Virus record (IMG/VR): IMGVR_UViG_3300014325_000010
Location: 33,130 to 97,129 of that record
DNA from: a virus
DNA: 64,000 nucleotides
Reading direction: 5' to 3' (one strand)
Numbering within the stretch: the first letter of the stretch is position 1; every line of letters starts with the position of its first letter. The notes beneath the pieces were generated by a model, which ran no database searches, was not told the DNA's origin, and saw only the letters and a program-made list of their open reading frames with translations. This document shows positions 48,398 to 56,829 of the stretch, piece after piece. A program made the translations under genes and the position numbers.

Positions 48398-48955
48398 ATG
48401 AAATATCCTATGTTACGTGACCAAGAAATAATTACTATGTATTTAGCCGGAAAAACACAAGATACAATAGGAAAACATTTTGGTATTACTAAAATGAGAG
48501 TTAGTCAGATTCTTAAGTTTTGGAGTGTACCACGAAAAGAAAATAAAATAAAAGATTCTATAGAAAAACGCAGTAACAAATATATAAAACGGTATAGATA
48601 TGCTAAAACAGCGGAATACGAAGAACTTGTTAAAATTGGCGAACTAATGATACAGAATGGAAGTAATCCGGCACAAACACCAATAGGAGCTTTTTATCAA
48701 CACCGTGCAAATGCACGTTATCGGGGTATCGAATGGAATTTAACTTTGTGGGATTGGTGGAAAATATGGAATGATTCTGGAAAATGGGAACTTCGAGGTA
48801 GACGACACAATGAATATCAGATGTGTCGTTGTGGAGATGAAGGACCTTATCAAAAAGATAATGTGTATATTGATTTTTCTCATAATAATGCAGCACTTGG
48901 TGGAGCTAAAGGAGGAAAAATACCCAAGATCAAGCCACTTCCTTCTTCCGATTAA
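48398..48955 (+). CDS. HTH (sigma-70 region-4/LuxR-like) domain protein in an AT-rich island (possible homing-endonuclease-like or regulatory moron)
   Basis: 185 aa. IITMYLAGKTQDTIGKHFGITKMRVSQIL HTH. Local base composition is visibly AT-rich (about 30% GC in the first 60 nt) against neighbours. RBS AAGG 4 nt before ATG. Divergent from the late operon. Confidence 0.5.
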   Translation: MKYPMLRDQEIITMYLAGKTQDTIGKHFGITKMRVSQILKFWSVPRKENKIKDSIEKRSNKYIKRYRYAKTAEYEELVKIGELMIQNGSNPAQTPIGAFYQHRANARYRGIEWNLTLWDWWKIWNDSGKWELRGRRHNEYQMCRCGDEGPYQKDNVYIDFSHNNAALGGAKGGKIPKIKPLPSSD

Positions 48956-49568
48956 CTACAAGCCACCAGTCGCGGTTTAAAGCCGAGTTCAACCCGGCTT
49001 TAGGCTAGTATGAGCCTAAACTTTCGTAGAGCCCTGGGCTCGACCAGTGGCCGGTAAGTAAGCATACCGGGCGGATGTGGACTCGGCGGTTAGCTGGATT
49101 TCCGCGATTAAAAATTCTGAGCCATAAATTTTGGAATAGAAGGGATAGTTTATCAAAGGAGGTAGAATACAATTCAAAAATTGGAATCGTTGCGAAGCCA
49201 AAAACCAGGAGTTCTAAAGGAGGGCCTAGGGTTTCGAGCTTGTTGATGGAAAATAGAAGTTGGAGGTTGGAAGTTGAGGGTTGCGAATTCCGGGTTTAGA
49301 GTTTCGCGGTTCGAGAGGGAGGAGGCGGGTTTAGGGATTCTGATTGGTTTAGGGATTCTGATTGGATTAGAGAAATGGAATTTGGATGAGGATTCCTACG
49401 AGCGCGCATATAAATTTAAGATGACTGATTTCGGGACAAAAAATTTTTACCGTCGTGCGTGCGCCGGGAGTTTTGAGGGAGTTTTGTAACGTGGTAAGTA
49501 ACGCGACAGCGTTACCGTTACGGTCTAAGTAACAGTAACGCTATACCGCGCGTAGCGTGCGGGTGTTA

Positions 49569-49643
49569 CTAGCGGATACGTCGTCCAAGTAACCCGATGA
49601 TGGTAACAAACCAGATGACGAAAGGAACCATATCTAGAGTCAT
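49569..49643 (-). CDS. Candidate 24-aa hydrophobic micro-protein
   Basis: Reverse complement gives AACGAGGTTACACA-ATG ACT CTA GAT ATG GTT CCT TTC GTC ATC TGG TTT GTT ACC ATC ATC GGG TTA CTT GGA CGA CGT ATC CGC TAG (MTLDMVPFVIWFVTIIGLLGRRIR). Strong Shine-Dalgarno with 7-nt spacing, within the conserved ACGAGGTT motif. Too short to be in the ORF track. Confidence 0.3.
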   Translation of the reverse strand: MTLDMVPFVIWFVTIIGLLGRRIR

Positions 49644-49655
49644 TGTGTAACCTCG

Positions 49656-50048
49656 TTACTCGGCAGGGTTGCAGTATGAGATAGCAACGACGATACCGCC
49701 GTCAGGTATCGGCAGTGTTACCGATTGCAGGACACCTTTACCGTAGACGCCTTGTCCTGGGATTGCAGGATACGCAACGCATACCTCGTTAACGTGTGCA
49801 AGGGCGTATGCAGCCATTCCGTTTACGGGTGTAGGTCCGTTAGGTGAACTGCAAGCGGATACTACGACCATACAGAGCAGGGTAATACCTGCCGTAGCTA
49901 CTCTGACAAGGTGTAGAAGCATCGTAGCTGGTTTCACTGGTACAGACTGCGAAGCGCCAAGTTTGATAAGCTTCGCGTAGTCTTCTACGTTCATGCGGCA
50001 GGTAACGCAAAGCTTGTTAGTGTCGGTTTCGGTTTTCTTTTTAGCCAC
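49656..50048 (-). CDS. Small membrane/lipoprotein-like protein
   Basis: GTG start preceded by AACCGAGGTTAAACC (good Shine-Dalgarno). Internal segment MLLHLVRVATAGITLLCMVVVSAC-SSPNG has a lipobox-like VVSAC. Either a type-II membrane anchor or a lipoprotein if translation starts at the internal ATG (49922). Confidence 0.4.
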   Translation of the reverse strand: MAKKKTETDTNKLCVTCRMNVEDYAKLIKLGASQSVPVKPATMLLHLVRVATAGITLLCMVVVSACSSPNGPTPVNGMAAYALAHVNEVCVAYPAIPGQGVYGKGVLQSVTLPIPDGGIVVAISYCNPAE

Positions 50049-50141
50049 GGTTTAACCTCGGTTTAAGACGTTACCAAACGACTAACGGTCGTTACCCCCT
50101 AGACTAGCAGGTAACGACCGTTAGGGTGTTACTACGCGGTG

Positions 50142-50840
50142 TTACCGACGGTTGCCACGGTTGCCACGGTTGCCGCTACCGGCTCCCACGGTTTCGCGTT
50201 CGACCGTTGCGCTCGGCTCGACCGTTGCGCTCGGCTCGACCGTTGCGCTCGGCTCGACCGTTGCGCTCGGCTCGACCGTTGCGCTCGGCTCGACCGTTGC
50301 GCTCGTCGCACTGGCGGCAGACATACCCGCGATAATGTCCACCGTTGGCGCTGCGGTCGTTGCGGTCGTTGCGTCCACCGTTGGCGCTGCGGTCGTTGCG
50401 AACGGGTTGGACGTTGCATTGCGGCGCGCGCGTCCTTTGCCGCCCCTACGCACCCACAGCGTTACGTCACTGTCCAGCGAGCCGAAACCAGAAACCGCGA
50501 ACCCGGTTGTCTGCGCCTTGCTATCCCAGTCGTTAGCAAGCGCAATCGCCTTTGCCGCGTTCTCCGGTGTCGCGTTACCGATGTGCTGATACGCGGTAAC
50601 GCGGGTGCCGCTACCCTCGATACGGCCCGGTGCAACGTTGATACGAACGGCGATACCGTCCTTTGTGCAATACGCGGTGATACGCGCGCGCCGCATGTCG
50701 CTGGTGTCGGCTGGAACCAGAAGCGAGAAGTAGCCGTTCTTCCAGTCGTTGAGCACAAGTAGAATCGACGCAACGGCGATACCCGTTGCTTTGCTCACCG
50801 TCTCGCACGCCGCTTGCAATGCCGTTTGAACTGCGTTCAT
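50142..50840 (-). CDS. Hypothetical protein with C-terminal SATVEP x6 repeats (coding status uncertain)
   Basis: 232-aa ORF. N-terminal 150 aa look globular, with codon third positions GC-biased. Start preceded by AACGAGGTTTAAGGTA. C-terminus is encoded by an 18-bp tandem repeat x6 (50200-50307). The region is GC-rich, so several overlapping ORFs on both strands also exist. Confidence 0.35.
   Translation of the reverse strand: MNAVQTALQAACETVSKATGIAVASILLVLNDWKNGYFSLLVPADTSDMRRARITAYCTKDGIAVRINVAPGRIEGSGTRVTAYQHIGNATPENAAKAIALANDWDSKAQTTGFAVSGFGSLDSDVTLWVRRGGKGRARRNATSNPFATTAAPTVDATTATTAAPTVDIIAGMSAASATSATVEPSATVEPSATVEPSATVEPSATVEPSATVERETVGAGSGNRGNRGNRR
50200..50307. repeat. 18-bp tandem repeat x6 (tcgaccgttgcgctcggc), plus nearby 9-bp x3 (ggttgccac, 50150-50177) and 10-bp x3 (gtaggaaacc, 50934-50963)
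   Basis: Direct reading of the sequence. Head-to-tail identical units. Confidence 0.9.
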
Positions 50841-51979
50841 TACCTTAAACCTCGTTACTGCCGTATCGTTTCGCGTTATTGCGTTACGACCGACAGCAAC
50901 TACTGTAGCACGCTACGTGCCAACGTAGGGACTGTAGGAAACCGTAGGAAACCGTAGGAAACAAAACCGCTATAGCAACGTAGTCTGCCTGTAAGCAGAC
51001 AAAAGGTTACTTTTTAACCCTAATACGGTATTACCTCGTTAGCAGGCTAACGACCGTTATATACACACAGTATTATATGTACGTTGCTACCTCGGTAACG
51101 TTAGCTCTGCCATATCGCCGTAACTGACGCAAACGTAAGCGTAACGCGATAGGGTCTAGAACGTGCGAGGTTTCGATATGAGCGGCGCGCAACGTCACCC
51201 GCTACTTACCTATTACCGGGTTCCCGTTCGTTAAACCTCGTCAAATTTACGTGTAACGTAACTCAGTAACTTACAGGCTTTTGGCGTAACGCCCTAATAC
51301 CGCGTTATTACAATCTGCAATACCGTTATTACAATCTGTAATGTGCTTACGTTACTAGCAGGCTGCTACTTTTGTAACACCTTGCGGGGTAACGCCCTAA
51401 TACGAGGTAACGCCCTAATACCGCGTGGCAAAGACCGTGCCATCCGCCTATCGTTCAGCTTCAAGCTCGGCCGTGGTCCGGGTCCATTTTCACCTTCCAA
51501 GTCTGGTTTCGGCCAGCTCTCCTTTTCGCCGTACTTCCATGGTCCTTCGTACTGTTCCAAATCCTACTGGGTTGGTCGGTATCCCTCGGTTCCTTCGGCG
51601 GAGACTCACAAGCTGCCGGCCGGCGGCTCGTTGATTTTCAATCCTGATTTCAGATTGGATGGGCGACCGACTGATCCGACCGACTGATCCGACCGACTAA
51701 CATCATCCGGATTCCATCGCGATGGATGATCAGAGGGAAACCAGGACTGGTGCTGCGGACGAACCCATAATACATCGGATGGTTCTTAACCCATCTGACC
51801 CCGCGAAAATAGATGCTAGCATTTGGCATCCGCAGCAATCCGACCCTCACCCAAGGGTATACCCGATATAACCCGAGTTTATACCTTTTACGCCCCGCGC
51901 CGCTGGATTCCAGCGATGCGTTCTGGATCAGGATAGACGCGTTCTCGACGCTATCTAAACGTATAGAAACCGCGCGAAC

Positions 51980-52002
51980 GCGGTAAAATAGCGTACCGGG
52001 CG
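51980..52002 (+). promoter_or_regulatory. Conserved promoter-like element copy A (GCGGTAAAATAGCGTACCGGGCG), about 60 nt upstream of the 52061 gene
   Basis: Shares G-TAAAATA-(G/C)CG(T)TA..GGCG core with four other sites (52980-53006, 55048-55075, 61936-61954, 62664-62688), each upstream of a plus-strand gene start. Confidence 0.5.
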
Positions 52003-52060
52003 CCCCGCGTTTGAAACCGCGCGGTTTAGCTCCAATTGATAATCAGAACGGGAGGTAATA

Positions 52061-52345
52061 ATGACAACGACAAGAATAGTCAAGCTACGTGCAGATCGTG
52101 AGTTAACCAAACGTGGTGGGTATGGCGTGGATCGGCTGCTCCCAAGCAGAAATTCCAATGAAGCAGTGTATTGGAAGGACGGAGACAGCTACGTTGCTTC
52201 CAAGGATTCTCACGGTGACTACGTGATCTTCTCGATAACCGGCGTCGGTGAGATCCGTTGGGATGTACGACCCCTGGAGTGGCATCCCAGAAACCTCGAC
52301 GTCATTGACTACTTCTTCGAGCGAGGCACCGAAGAGCGGGCGTAA
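52061..52345 (+). CDS. Hypothetical early protein
   Basis: 94 aa. Strong RBS GGGAGGTAATA-ATG. Confidence 0.55.
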   Translation: MTTTRIVKLRADRELTKRGGYGVDRLLPSRNSNEAVYWKDGDSYVASKDSHGDYVIFSITGVGEIRWDVRPLEWHPRNLDVIDYFFERGTEERA

Positions 52346-52420
52346 GACGTTGCGTGGTGGATAGGTGCAGACTCCTATCTATCACGGAGCAATCTTGCTC
52401 CCTCACCGAAAGGTTCTGGT

Positions 52421-52711
52421 ATGATCAAGGTCTACCATGGCAAAAACTTTGGGCAGATGGCGCTGAAACAGACTCAGTGGCCAGCCGATTACGAGCTGGT
52501 CGCGACAGTGAAAACCGACGATCTCGAGAAAGCGTTCGAGCTCACGAACCACATCAACAGTATCTGGATGCAGAATCCAGATGTGACCGCCGAGCCCGGA
52601 CAGCACCGATCCACCTCAGTCGGCGACGTGATGGTGGACGAAAGCGCCAGAACGTGGCAGTGCGGGGATTTTGGATGGCGGGAGATCGCCTCCGTACAAG
52701 GAGATGCTTAG
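52421..52711 (+). CDS. Hypothetical early protein
   Basis: 96 aa. RBS AAAGG upstream. An alternative overlapping frame (52354-52851) looks like Arg-rich GC artefact. Confidence 0.45.
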   Translation: MIKVYHGKNFGQMALKQTQWPADYELVATVKTDDLEKAFELTNHINSIWMQNPDVTAEPGQHRSTSVGDVMVDESARTWQCGDFGWREIASVQGDA

Positions 52712-52979
52712 CCGTCAAGGATGTGGTGGATGCCAATCCTCTTGTGCCAAGGTCGGCTGCCGACGGAAGAAGCAGTGCAAGCGTTGCGAGAAGCCATACA
52801 GCTTTGATAACCATTCGGGGTTTTGCTGGTGGTGTTGGTTCCGATTTGTAAGGAGAAGTTAGATCCGAGGGATGCTGGATGGCCTGGATCTCGGGCCATC
52901 TGGTGTCCGTTAAACGACGCCCACCCAGGCTACATTTTTATTTTGCCGAGCGTAGTTCGCCGTTAGGAAAACGCCGAAG

Positions 52980-53006
52980 GCGCGGTAAAATAGCGTTACC
53001 GGGCGG
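52980..53006 (+). promoter_or_regulatory. Conserved promoter-like element copy B (GCGCGGTAAAATAGCGTTACCGGGCGG)
   Basis: 43 nt upstream of the 53049 gene. Followed by a partial second copy CGCCCGGTAAAAGGCG. Confidence 0.5.
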
Positions 53007-53048
53007 CGCTTAAGTCGCCCGGTAAAAGGCGTAAAGGGTGGTTAAATC

Positions 53049-53489
53049 ATGGTCGTAAAATTTATGGGTATCCCCGCCCCTCATTTCACGGCTAGGCTCA
53101 GCGTCGAGGAATACCGAGCTTATAAAGAAGACGAGCTCTTCCTCCAGCGCCAGGCAGCGTGGAACGCGAAGGCGGCAATTGAACTCAAGGAAAAACGGGA
53201 GCCTGAGTTCTGGTGGTGGCAAGATGAGAAGGGCGAGTGGGTAGGCAAATGCTCGGGTAAGAAGAACCCGACAACAGGCCTGCCGTGCGAGGCTACGATT
53301 AAGGCTGTTGGACTGGTCCACGTGGAAGGAAAGCGCGTGCGGAGTTCCGACGGCGTGATCAAGGTGAGCGACGAAGCCCACTACTGCATGGAATGTCGAC
53401 CGCGGATCTTTGGACGGGTGAGCGGGCGACCGAGTCGCGGGATTCCAATGTGGGGTTCCGATAACGCCGATTACGAAGGCGAGGTTTAA
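53049..53489 (+). CDS. Hypothetical early protein (Trp/Cys-containing)
   Basis: 146 aa. RBS AAAGGGTGG. Confidence 0.55.
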   Translation: MVVKFMGIPAPHFTARLSVEEYRAYKEDELFLQRQAAWNAKAAIELKEKREPEFWWWQDEKGEWVGKCSGKKNPTTGLPCEATIKAVGLVHVEGKRVRSSDGVIKVSDEAHYCMECRPRIFGRVSGRPSRGIPMWGSDNADYEGEV

Positions 53490-53490
53490 A

Positions 53491-54030
53491 ATGGATGTTC
53501 GAAAATTGAAAGCCTCGGGGCTGTACGTCGAGGCACATCAGAGTAGCGTCGCGAAAGAGCCGACGAACCTGGTGTGTGAGGCGTGCAATAAGACCCTCAT
53601 GCAAATCCCGACCGGCGGGATGCTCTTCACCCAAACCCACGGCCGCTGCACCTGCAGCTGGGGCTGCTGCGAGACGGCCAAGCCGACGAATCGCCCGCAT
53701 CCCCGACACCTCGGCCATCGTGTCGCTGCCCCGAAACTCCAGCCGGGCAAAATCCTGACCCGCAACCATGGGTTCGCGGACGACAAGAAGCACAATGCTG
53801 TGAGGAGTAGCGACTCCGGCATCAACTACATGTTCTTCACGAACTACGAATCGGTGAGTCTGACCGACCGTGAAATTCGCGCTCGCTGGTCCATCGCTGG
53901 TGGTGATCCCTATCGCCATCGTTGTTCTCACGAACACGATTGCTGCGCGTGCCACTTTCATTCCGAGATTCACATCGAGCGTCGTCGGCGATTCGTGGTT
54001 GTTACCCAATTCTGGGGCATTAACATTTAA
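53491..54030 (+). CDS. Hypothetical Cys/His-rich protein
   Basis: 179 aa. CEACNK...CTCSWGCCE...CSHEHDCCACHFHSEIH, likely metal-binding. ATG 2 nt after the previous stop. Confidence 0.5.
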   Translation: MDVRKLKASGLYVEAHQSSVAKEPTNLVCEACNKTLMQIPTGGMLFTQTHGRCTCSWGCCETAKPTNRPHPRHLGHRVAAPKLQPGKILTRNHGFADDKKHNAVRSSDSGINYMFFTNYESVSLTDREIRARWSIAGGDPYRHRCSHEHDCCACHFHSEIHIERRRRFVVVTQFWGINI

Positions 54031-54044
54031 TTCGAGGTGGGCAA

Positions 54045-54533
54045 ATGAAAATCCTGGTTGCACGATTCTGGAACAACGAACCAAGCAAGTGGCACGAGAC
54101 TTATCGCGACGTCATTGGTCTTCGTCGTCTGTCTTCTCATCGTTGGGAAGTTCGTCGTAAGTCCACGACTTCATTAGGATTCGACGACACCATAGTTAGC
54201 GCCGACGAATGCGAGTTCGAGATGGTGGATGAGACCGCCAAGTGCTTCGTGTTCGATTCCACTGAAGAAGCATACGGTGCCTGCCAAACTCGCGACGACA
54301 TCAAAAACGGCGACATGCTTGTCATCCCCTCCGAGCAGGTTGTTGGTCTCGCCGGAACATGGCCAGTGGCTGTGACGGATGAACACGGAGAATTGCACTT
54401 CGTCAATGGGGATGCAAATATTCGTCGATTGATGACCGACGTTAAGTGCTCGAAAGAGCAGGTCAATGCCGCCGTGCGCTTCGCCCAAAAGCACAACTGG
54501 ATCGTTTCGTACCCGTTCCGCCAGGAGATTTGA
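54045..54533 (+). CDS. Hypothetical early protein
   Basis: 162 aa. RBS TCGAGGTGGG. Confidence 0.55.
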   Translation: MKILVARFWNNEPSKWHETYRDVIGLRRLSSHRWEVRRKSTTSLGFDDTIVSADECEFEMVDETAKCFVFDSTEEAYGACQTRDDIKNGDMLVIPSEQVVGLAGTWPVAVTDEHGELHFVNGDANIRRLMTDVKCSKEQVNAAVRFAQKHNWIVSYPFRQEI

Positions 54534-54536
54534 TCA

Positions 54537-54709
54537 TGAGCCGAGCTATTGTCGCTCGATGCATCATTTGTGGGGACGTATACATGTTGACCATCCCCAC
54601 CGGAATGACAAAACCGAATCCGTTCGTCTGCAAATCATGTAAGTCCAACCAGGGAGTTCAAAATGAAGAAACAAGTTCAGCGCACAACCAAGACGGTTGG
54701 CGTAGCTGA
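54537..54709 (+). CDS. Small zinc-ribbon protein
   Basis: 57 aa from ATG 54537 (TGATCATGA overlap with the previous stop). CIICGD...CKSCKS. The ORF-track entry 54446-54709 is the same frame extended upstream. Confidence 0.45.
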
Positions 54710-54995
54710 TCCGACCGAAGTGATCAGCTACGTTGTCCGAGGGAATCTTCCCTTCAACGGACCATGGTACGAGCTCAAGCTTAGTGAGTTCCAGCAGATC
54801 GTCAGTGGGAGCTTTATATACAAGACGATAGAAGGTGAGATCATCAATGGCAGGACGCTGGACGAATTCGTCGCGAATCTCATCTTCGACGGGCTGGAAG
54901 CCGAGCACGAGCTCAAGGAGATCGAGCGGCGGGAGAACGATCCGACCGGCGAGTTTGCGGCGGCTGATCGGAAGATGGGGGATGCGACACCATAA
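54663..54995 (+). CDS. Hypothetical early protein
   Basis: 110-aa ORF. Confidence 0.5.
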   Translation: MKKQVQRTTKTVGVADPTEVISYVVRGNLPFNGPWYELKLSEFQQIVSGSFIYKTIEGEIINGRTLDEFVANLIFDGLEAEHELKEIERRENDPTGEFAAADRKMGDATP

Positions 54996-55047
54996 GAGAT
55001 GTCTGACGGCCGATTGACCGTAAATAGACCGCTAGAAAACCCCGCCC

Positions 55048-55075
55048 GCGTAGTAAAATACGCTTAAGGCGTAGC
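55048..55075 (+). promoter_or_regulatory. Conserved promoter-like element copy C (GCGTAGTAAAATACGCTTAAGGCGTAGC)
   Basis: 63 nt upstream of the 55138 start. Contains dyad TACGC-TTAAG-GCGTA after the TAAAATA box. Confidence 0.5.
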
Positions 55076-55137
55076 CTACCCTTGGAAAAAGCCGAATGTT
55101 CCTGAAAAGAGTGAGCAATAATAGACAAGGAGGTCAC

Positions 55138-55356
55138 ATGTCGGATGAATGGATCGGAAAACGCGTGAAGGTATTCGAGTTGGACGACGAGGGAGATCCA
55201 ACCGAAGTGGTCGCGGCCATCGGAACGGTTCGCGACGCAGATGAGCACCACGGCTTGGGTATTGAGCCCGATGCCGAGTGGCTGAACAACGTTGTGGTCT
55301 ACGGCGACGGACTTATGAGCGCCGAAACTCGAAGTGTTGAGGTGATTGACGAATAA
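55138..55356 (+). CDS. Hypothetical early protein
   Basis: 72 aa. Perfect RBS CAAGGAGGTCAC-ATG. The ORF-track start at 55096 is less likely. Confidence 0.55.
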   Translation: MSDEWIGKRVKVFELDDEGDPTEVVAAIGTVRDADEHHGLGIEPDAEWLNNVVVYGDGLMSAETRSVEVIDE

Positions 55357-55643
55357 TGGACAAACAAGCGATCGCTTTTACATGGGTTCCTACTGCAAAA
55401 ATCGCGCAGATTCAGGAGTTAATTTCGAATGCTTTAGTAGCAAATCCAGAACCATTGCAGGAAGGTGATGTAGTCGCGGCGCTGTTCTTTTTGATCCTTG
55501 GTACGTTGATGATGAGAACGATGGATGAGCAAACAAGGATAGCAGGAGCAACATTCCTCGAGCTCATATCTGATGTGTTTGAGCAGACCGGGTGTCACCA
55601 TCAAGTACACGCAGGGCAGGAAAATCCCGAAACGAAGCATTGA
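55356..55643 (+). CDS. Hypothetical protein
   Basis: 95 aa. TAATG stop-start overlap. Confidence 0.4.
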   Translation: MDKQAIAFTWVPTAKIAQIQELISNALVANPEPLQEGDVVAALFFLILGTLMMRTMDEQTRIAGATFLELISDVFEQTGCHHQVHAGQENPETKH

Positions 55644-55644
55644 T

Positions 55645-55860
55645 ATGAGAAAGATTGAACGTACATCGGACGGGTATTACCATCTCGCATTGACAAACAG
55701 GGAACTCGGCGCGCTGATACAACAGATCGACATCGAGCCAGAAGAACCAACTTCGGCTATGTACAGCAACGCAATTATTGCGGCTGAAATCATAGACGCC
55801 ATCGCGGAAGCATACAAACCAAACGAGGAGGCCGTTGACGATGACGATCAACCCGCCTGA
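55645..55860 (+). CDS. Hypothetical acidic protein
   Basis: 71 aa (MRKIERTSDGYYHLALTNRELGA...). Start chosen at the internal ATG after the previous stop. Weak RBS. Confidence 0.35.
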   Translation: MRKIERTSDGYYHLALTNRELGALIQQIDIEPEEPTSAMYSNAIIAAEIIDAIAEAYKPNEEAVDDDDQPA

Positions 55861-56206
55861 TTGGTACTTCATCTACCTCAATCCAACCTTCGAGGAGGTT
55901 CAGAAACTCGCCGAGAGCATGTGGGATACATGCCGCATCATCAAACATGAGGATGATATCGTCATCGCATCTGGATTAGGGAACACACACGAATCAATGC
56001 TGAAGGCATACCGCACACATACACAGAATTTGCGAGCGATGCCGGAAGCTTACATTTTGTACCATCGTGGTGGGATCGCGTTCTTCAACCTCGAGGATTT
56101 GGGAGGGAGCAGAGCTGCTCGAGCCGCACGATGGGAGAGGTTCTTCTGCGACTTGCACATAAAAATGTTGAAAGATTTAATACGGGAGTCCGGGTACGCA
56201 TTGTGA
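55835..56206 (+). CDS. Hypothetical early protein
   Basis: 123 aa. RBS GAGGAGG upstream. Confidence 0.5.
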   Translation: MTMTINPPDWYFIYLNPTFEEVQKLAESMWDTCRIIKHEDDIVIASGLGNTHESMLKAYRTHTQNLRAMPEAYILYHRGGIAFFNLEDLGGSRAARAARWERFFCDLHIKMLKDLIRESGYAL

Positions 56207-56212
56207 GGGTTT

Positions 56213-56572
56213 ATGGGAGTTTGGGATGAAGGCGGTAAGTCGTGGGCTCGTCCAAAACCTGTTGCCGATCTGAGTAAAAGTGAGGGAACAGTTTTTGAAA
56301 ACCAAAAAACTCTGAGTAAAAGTGAGGGGGAAGGTAGCAAAACCCAAAAAACTCTGAGTAAAAGTGAGGGGCAAAACCCGTTTCCAGCCTCGCCACTCAC
56401 TTCCCCTCAGAAAGACTTACATATTTGTCAGCGATGTAAGCATATCTGGAGCTCCGATTTACACCCTAAACAGTGTCCAAAATGTCGTACCAGGCAGTGG
56501 AGTAAAGTCCTAAACGCCGAAGAATTGTTCCCTTCGCGTATCATTAATTTCAATAATGACGAGGATAATTAG
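56213..56572 (+). CDS. Zinc-ribbon protein with three KTLSKSEG repeats
   Basis: 119 aa. DNA repeat ctgagtaaaagtgaggg x3 (56269, 56312, 56353). C-terminal CQRCKHIW...CPKCRTRQWS. Confidence 0.5.
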   Translation: MGVWDEGGKSWARPKPVADLSKSEGTVFENQKTLSKSEGEGSKTQKTLSKSEGQNPFPASPLTSPQKDLHICQRCKHIWSSDLHPKQCPKCRTRQWSKVLNAEELFPSRIINFNNDEDN

Positions 56573-56581
56573 GGAGTAGTT

Positions 56582-56818
56582 ATGCGAATTGATCGTTCAT
56601 ATCTGTCCGCTACAAAACCACCCAAACACTTTTACATAGAGGCAAAATCTGTTGGCCTCGCTCGTGGGGACTGGCCAATGACTCTCGAAATCATTGAAAA
56701 TGGCAAAGAAATCATGGTGTTCACTCGAGGTGAACCACATTATTGGCAAGAAGCATCGTTCCTTGGATACAATTACGCATCCGAAAAAGATGGCCAATTA
56801 GTGGTTCTTGCATACTGA
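56582..56818 (+). CDS. Hypothetical protein
   Basis: 78 aa. RBS TAGGGAGTAG. Confidence 0.5.
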   Translation: MRIDRSYLSATKPPKHFYIEAKSVGLARGDWPMTLEIIENGKEIMVFTRGEPHYWQEASFLGYNYASEKDGQLVVLAY

Positions 56819-56829
56819 TTGGAGGTCTA

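Noticed and set aside
50139-50840. Multiple overlapping ORFs on both strands (50139-50762 +, 50152-50589 +, 50462-50773 -, 50611-50808 -)
   Set aside because: GC-rich sequence with a tandem repeat gives long stop-free frames by chance. Translations are Arg/Ala/Pro-rich low-complexity. Only the 50142-50840 minus frame has an RBS and a plausible globular N-terminus, and even that is tentative.
48956-52060. tRNA genes in the non-coding control regions (also 57000-59300)
   Set aside because: Looked for T-loop GTTCGA/GTTCAA signatures with appropriate flanking stems and D-loop AGTTGG-like motifs. Candidates (for example ggttcgagag at 49304) lack complementary acceptor or T stems. The hairpins present have 3-nt loops and 10-12-bp stems, incompatible with tRNA cloverleafs.
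52354-52851. 165-aa plus-strand ORF overlapping 52421-52711 in another frame
   Set aside because: Arg-rich, low-complexity translation typical of an off-frame in GC-rich coding DNA. The 96-aa frame has the better RBS and composition.
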